A stretch of DNA of 64,000 nt from Acholeplasmatales bacterium (GTDB lineage: Bacteria; Bacillota_I; Bacilli_A; Acholeplasmatales; Anaeroplasmataceae), in contig JAFTDB010000033.1 of the NCBI GenBank assembly GCA_017454375.1, positions 170,967 through 234,966 on the forward strand. Direction: 5' to 3'. Shown one piece after another: positions 59,466 to 64,000 of this stretch. The notes below the pieces were generated by a model. It saw nothing but the letters and a program-made list of their open reading frames with translations, did not search any database and was not told the DNA's origin. Position numbers and translations under genes: made by a program. Numbering within the stretch: the first letter of the stretch is position 1; each line of letters starts with the position of its first letter.

Positions 59466-61787
59466 ATGAATTACGATTATAAAGTATTAGAATTTGATAA
59501 GATTTTAGATATACTAAAAACTTATACAAAGACTAATTATGCAAAAGATAAAATTACCATTGATTTAATTGGTAAATCATATGATGAGATACATACCCTA
59601 GTCTCTGAGACTAAGGAAGCATATAATGCCTTAGTTAAATATGGCGATATCCCACTAGGTGGCTTAACTTCAGTTAATGAGGTGCTATCTAGATGTAATG
59701 CTGGTGGTATATTATCACCTTCAGAATTATTACAGATAGTAGGACTAATTGATGCTGCAACAAATACCATTAAATATTTCAAATCACTTGATGGTATTAA
59801 GCTAGATACCTTCAATTTAAAGAAATATGCTGAAAAATTAGTAATACAGACTAAATTAAAGACATCTATTTCAATGTCTATTAATGATCAGGGTGAAGTA
59901 GTAGATAATGCTTCAAGAGACTTATTTGTTATAAGAAAGAGTATTCGTTCTCTTGAAAATAGATTAAGAAGTAAAATGAATGAATTATTATTAACTCATT
60001 CTAAGATGCTAAGTGATAATATTATTGTCTTAAGAGACAATCGTATGTGCTTAGCTGTTAAGGCTGAATATAAAAATAGCTTCAAGGGTATTGTTCATGA
60101 TGTTTCATCATCATCTACAACAGCTTATATTGAGCCAGAAGCTTGTTTATCTATCTCTAATGAAATAGATATCTTTACAGCAAAAGAAAGAAAAGAAATA
60201 GAAAATATCTTAAAATCTTTATCTTTACTTTGCCAATCAGAGATAGAAGATTTAAAGACTAATATGGAAAATCTTACCGCTTTAGATATTATCTATGCTA
60301 AAGCATTATATGGTAAGGATAAGGATTATAATGACGCGATTATTGTTGAGACTCAGGAATTTAGATTAGCTAATGCCTGTCATCCACTAATCCCTAAGGA
60401 TGTATGTGTGCCAATCAATATTGAGCTTAAGAATAAGGATCAAGCAATTATCATCACAGGTCCTAACACTGGTGGTAAGACAGTAGCTATGAAAACTACT
60501 GGCTTAGTTCATTTAATGGCCTACTATGGTATGATGGTACCAGTTGGTGGGGAAATGAAAATTGGCTATTTTGATTCAATCTACGCTGATATTGGTGATG
60601 AGCAATCAATTGAGCAATCATTATCAACATTCTCTTCACATATGAAGAAAATAGTTAATATTACTAAGCATGCATCAGATAAATCTTTAATTATCTTAGA
60701 TGAGCTTGGAAGTGGTACAGATCCTAAGGAAGGCTCAGTACTAGCTATAAGCATTATTGAATATCTAAGAAAAAGAGGTAGTAAGCTTATTGTTACTACC
60801 CATTATTCAGAATTAAAAAATTATGCCTATAATGATGAATTAATTCGTAATGCGGCTGTAGAATTCGATATTAATACATTAAAGCCTACATACCGTTTAA
60901 TTATGGGTATATCAGGTAAGAGTAATGCTTTGCTTATCGCATCTCGTCTTGGTTTATCTGATGAAATCACCGATAATGCAAAAGAGAGAATTGATTTAAA
61001 GAATAATGAATCAGCTAAATTAATTGATAATTTGGAAGAAGAAATGAATAAAATCAAAGAAATGCAGATTTCTTTAGAAAACCAAATTAAAGAAAATCAA
61101 CAAATTAAGGCTGATTTAGTTAAATCCAAGATGGATTTAGAGAAGAATACAGATAATATCGTTAATAAGGCTAAGCTTGAGGCTAAAGAGATTATTAAGA
61201 ATGCTCAGGCTGAATCATATAAGCTAATTGAAGAAATCAAGAATATGAGTGAAGAAAACTTTAAGGAGCATGAACTAGCAGCCTTAAAGAATAAGGTTTC
61301 ATCAATTGATGTACCTGAAGAAGAAAATAAAGATAATTCTAAGCTTAATGTTGGCGATTATGTATTTGTTAAGCCATATGAAAAATATGGTACTATCAAT
61401 AAAGTAAAAGGCGATAAATACCAAGTTAATATTGGTCAGTTCGCTATGGACTTCACACGTTCTGAGCTTAGATTATCAGCTAAGCCTGTAGAGAAGCCTG
61501 AAAAGAAGACTAAATTATCTGGCTATAATCCAGGGGTTGGTAATGTCAAATTATCTTTAGATTTAAGAGGTAAAAGATATGAAGAGGTTGCCTACCTTAT
61601 GGAGCAATACCTAGATCAAGCATTATATGCTAATTTAGGCAGTGTCCAGATTATCCACGGCTTTGGTAGTGGTACTATCCGTAAGGCTGTATGGGACTTC
61701 TTAAAGACTTGTACATACGTTAAATCTTACCGTTATGGCGGTGAGGGTGAAGGACTTAATGGAGCAACTATCGTTTATTTAAAATAG
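59466..61787 (+). CDS. mutS2: Endonuclease MutS2
   Basis: LEFDKI, ITGPNTGGKT, DIGDEQSIEQSLSTFS, DELGSGTDP motifs and C-terminal Smr domain (LDLRG...IHGFGSG). Confidence 0.96.
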   Translation: MNYDYKVLEFDKILDILKTYTKTNYAKDKITIDLIGKSYDEIHTLVSETKEAYNALVKYGDIPLGGLTSVNEVLSRCNAGGILSPSELLQIVGLIDAATNTIKYFKSLDGIKLDTFNLKKYAEKLVIQTKLKTSISMSINDQGEVVDNASRDLFVIRKSIRSLENRLRSKMNELLLTHSKMLSDNIIVLRDNRMCLAVKAEYKNSFKGIVHDVSSSSTTAYIEPEACLSISNEIDIFTAKERKEIENILKSLSLLCQSEIEDLKTNMENLTALDIIYAKALYGKDKDYNDAIIVETQEFRLANACHPLIPKDVCVPINIELKNKDQAIIITGPNTGGKTVAMKTTGLVHLMAYYGMMVPVGGEMKIGYFDSIYADIGDEQSIEQSLSTFSSHMKKIVNITKHASDKSLIILDELGSGTDPKEGSVLAISIIEYLRKRGSKLIVTTHYSELKNYAYNDELIRNAAVEFDINTLKPTYRLIMGISGKSNALLIASRLGLSDEITDNAKERIDLKNNESAKLIDNLEEEMNKIKEMQISLENQIKENQQIKADLVKSKMDLEKNTDNIVNKAKLEAKEIIKNAQAESYKLIEEIKNMSEENFKEHELAALKNKVSSIDVPEEENKDNSKLNVGDYVFVKPYEKYGTINKVKGDKYQVNIGQFAMDFTRSELRLSAKPVEKPEKKTKLSGYNPGVGNVKLSLDLRGKRYEEVAYLMEQYLDQALYANLGSVQIIHGFGSGTIRKAVWDFLKTCTYVKSYRYGGEGEGLNGATIVYLK

Positions 61788-61796
61788 GATGAAATA

Positions 61797-62657
61797 ATGG
61801 ACGGATTTATAATTGGGTATAAGCCAAAGGGCATGACTAGTTTCTCATTTTGTAACAAAATAAGAAAAAAGCTAAATGTTAATAAGGTAGGTCATTGTGG
61901 AACCCTAGATCCAAACGCAGAGGGTGTGATGATACTAGGTATCAACACAGCTACTAAAATGATGAAATTCTTTGATGAGCATGAAAAGACTTATGTTACA
62001 AGAATTGTTTTTGGTTATGACTCAAAGACTCTTGATATGGACTCTGAAATTACAAAAGATATCAAGATGGACGTTAATATGGCTGATTTAAAGGAAAAAC
62101 TTGCCATATTAAAGGAAAAGAAGACCCAATTACCCCCAATGATTAGCTCTATTAAGGTTAATGGAAGAAAGCTATATCAATATGCGGTAAAGAATATCGA
62201 TGTTGAGGTTAAAGAAAGAGATGTAAATATCATCTCTTATGAGATTTTATCTGATTTAGAAATGGTTGATAACCATTTTGAAATAGATATAAAGCTTGAA
62301 GTATCTAAAGGCTATTATATTAGATCTTTTGCTAGAGATTTAGGTTCATTACTTGGTGGATGTGCCATAGTAAAGGAGCTTAAGAGAGTCGCAATAGATA
62401 AATATGATGAATCTATGTCAGTTACACTAGATAATATAACAAAAGATGTTGTTATTAAGCCTTGGGATTTCTTTAAATATGAAATAATAGATGTTGATGA
62501 TTATATAGCTAAATTATGTAAAAATGGTGTTATATTAGATGAAAGACAAACTAATACAATAAGCCCATTTTATGTAAGAAATAATGATAAGATTATAGCT
62601 TTATATGAGCCAATAGAAGATAATAAATATAAAATAGTTGCGTTATTTGGTGATTAA
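61797..62657 (+). CDS. truB: tRNA pseudouridine(55) synthase
   Basis: KPKGMTS, KVGHCGTLDP, Q.PP..S.IKVNG.KLY and SKG.YIRS motifs. Confidence 0.95.
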   Translation: MDGFIIGYKPKGMTSFSFCNKIRKKLNVNKVGHCGTLDPNAEGVMILGINTATKMMKFFDEHEKTYVTRIVFGYDSKTLDMDSEITKDIKMDVNMADLKEKLAILKEKKTQLPPMISSIKVNGRKLYQYAVKNIDVEVKERDVNIISYEILSDLEMVDNHFEIDIKLEVSKGYYIRSFARDLGSLLGGCAIVKELKRVAIDKYDESMSVTLDNITKDVVIKPWDFFKYEIIDVDDYIAKLCKNGVILDERQTNTISPFYVRNNDKIIALYEPIEDNKYKIVALFGD

Positions 62658-62658
62658 T

Positions 62659-63570
62659 ATGAAATTTATTTATATTAAAGATCAAAACTACATACCACTA
62701 CCTGATGAGGTTTGTGCCGCAATAGGTAACTTTGATGGCGTACACTTAGGACATCAAAAGCTTATTGAGGAATGTAAAAGACATGGCTACAAGTCTGCCG
62801 TTTTAACGTTCTACCCACATCCATCAGTATTTATTAAGAAGATGTCTAATTACCCTCTAATTACGCCTTTAGAGCACAAAAAAGACATTTTTTCACGTAT
62901 GGGTATAGATTATCTTATCGTTATAGAATTCAACGAAGAAATAGCTAAATTATCTAAAGAAAGATTCATAGAGATAATGAAGATATTAAATATAAAATCA
63001 TGTGTATGTGGTTATGATTTTACATTTGGTAATAAGGCTGAAGGTACAATTGCCGATCTAGCAGAAAACTTTGAGTTCTATGAGGTTAAGAAGTTTGTCT
63101 TTGATAATGTTAGAGTATCATCTACATATATTAGAGAGCTACTTAGTGTAGGTAATGTGAGTGAGGCTAATAGGCTACTTGGTAGAACCTATTCTATTAG
63201 AGGTAGAGTAAAATATGGTAGCCAGCTAGGTAGAACTATAGGCTTTCCTACCGCAAACATCAATTACGCTAACTACTACATACCAGCAAATGGTGTATAT
63301 TTCGTCAATGTAAAGGTTGATGGAATAATCTACCTAGGTATGTCTAATATCGGTAATAATCCTACATTTAATTATCAAAATGAACGTCAAATAGAGGTTA
63401 ATATCTTCAATTTTGATGAAGACATCTATGATCAACAGCTTGAAATCTTTTATGTTAAAAAGATAAGAGATGAGGTTAAATTTGATTCTAAGGAAGCTTT
63501 AATCAAGCAGCTTAAGATAGATAAGGCTGCCTGTTTAGAGATTGCTGGAGATATGTATTATACTAAATAA
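62659..63570 (+). CDS. ribF: Bifunctional FAD synthetase / riboflavin kinase
   Basis: GNFDGVHLGH, GYDFTFG, SSTYIRE and GRTIGFPTAN motifs. Confidence 0.97.
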   Translation: MKFIYIKDQNYIPLPDEVCAAIGNFDGVHLGHQKLIEECKRHGYKSAVLTFYPHPSVFIKKMSNYPLITPLEHKKDIFSRMGIDYLIVIEFNEEIAKLSKERFIEIMKILNIKSCVCGYDFTFGNKAEGTIADLAENFEFYEVKKFVFDNVRVSSTYIRELLSVGNVSEANRLLGRTYSIRGRVKYGSQLGRTIGFPTANINYANYYIPANGVYFVNVKVDGIIYLGMSNIGNNPTFNYQNERQIEVNIFNFDEDIYDQQLEIFYVKKIRDEVKFDSKEALIKQLKIDKAACLEIAGDMYYTK

Positions 63571-63596
63571 GTGATTTAAGGAGGGAATGGAAGAAT

Positions 63597-64000
63597 ATGT
63601 CACTTTTAATTTCAGTAGCTGGTGGTACTGCATCAGGTAAAACAACAGTAGTAAGAGAAATATCAAGAAACTTTAGTAAGGATGATATCGCAATTATCTA
63701 TATGGATAATTACTACAAGCGTAGAGATGATCTTACCTTAGTTGAAAGACAAAATATCAACTACGATCACCCAGACGCAATTGATATGGAGCTTTTGAAA
63801 CATGATTTAAGGGAATTACTTGCTGGAAATCCTATTGATATGCCAGTATATGACTTTAAGATTCACAATAGAAGTGATGAGACTATTAAGGTTGTACCTA
63901 CTAAGGTAATAATGCTAGAGGGGATCCTTGCTTTATATGATGAAGAAATAAGAAATTTAAGTAATTTATTATTATTTGTTGAGAGTGAAGCTGATATTAG
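63597..64000 (+). CDS. udk: Uridine kinase, 3'-truncated by the window edge
   Basis: MSLLISVAGGTASGKTT...MDNYY...INYDHPDAID...MLEGIL read directly from the sequence. Confidence 0.92.
   Translation, partial: MSLLISVAGGTASGKTTVVREISRNFSKDDIAIIYMDNYYKRRDDLTLVERQNINYDHPDAIDMELLKHDLRELLAGNPIDMPVYDFKIHNRSDETIKVVPTKVIMLEGILALYDEEIRNLSNLLLFVESEADI

Overview
A low-GC, gene-dense window with almost every gene on the + strand. It reads cleanly in the standard bacterial code (TGA is a stop, Trp is TGG). The gene content and Thr-rich lipoproteins fit an Acholeplasmatales/Anaeroplasma-like member of Bacillota (inference). Most of it is housekeeping: hisS, a short archaeal-type aspS, lspA, rluD, pgm, ppa, ychF, yqeG-yqeH-yqeK-rsfS, gpmI, metNIQ, PPi-PFK, eno, ileS, deoC/deoD, and thyA-folA-plsC-mutS2-truB-ribF-udk. 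RNA elements are one tRNA-Gln(CTG), two T-box leaders (Met, Ile) and one FMN riboswitch. I see no rRNA, CRISPR array, intact IS or integrase. The most notable item is a Wadjet/MksBEF-like JetA-JetB-JetC (SMC-type) operon with no jetD nuclease; it ends instead in a translationally coupled sepF and has a 35-bp palindrome over its promoter. It is a candidate 'domesticated' condensin-division module. Other oddities: duplicated terminator+promoter modules in front of two accessory genes after ychF; a tandem DUF1538 transporter with two PII-like proteins; bioY placed under the Ile T-box ahead of ileS; an A1-U72 tRNA-Gln; and a DHFR with an altered NADPH 2'-phosphate site. All family calls come from recognising motifs by eye; no searches were run.
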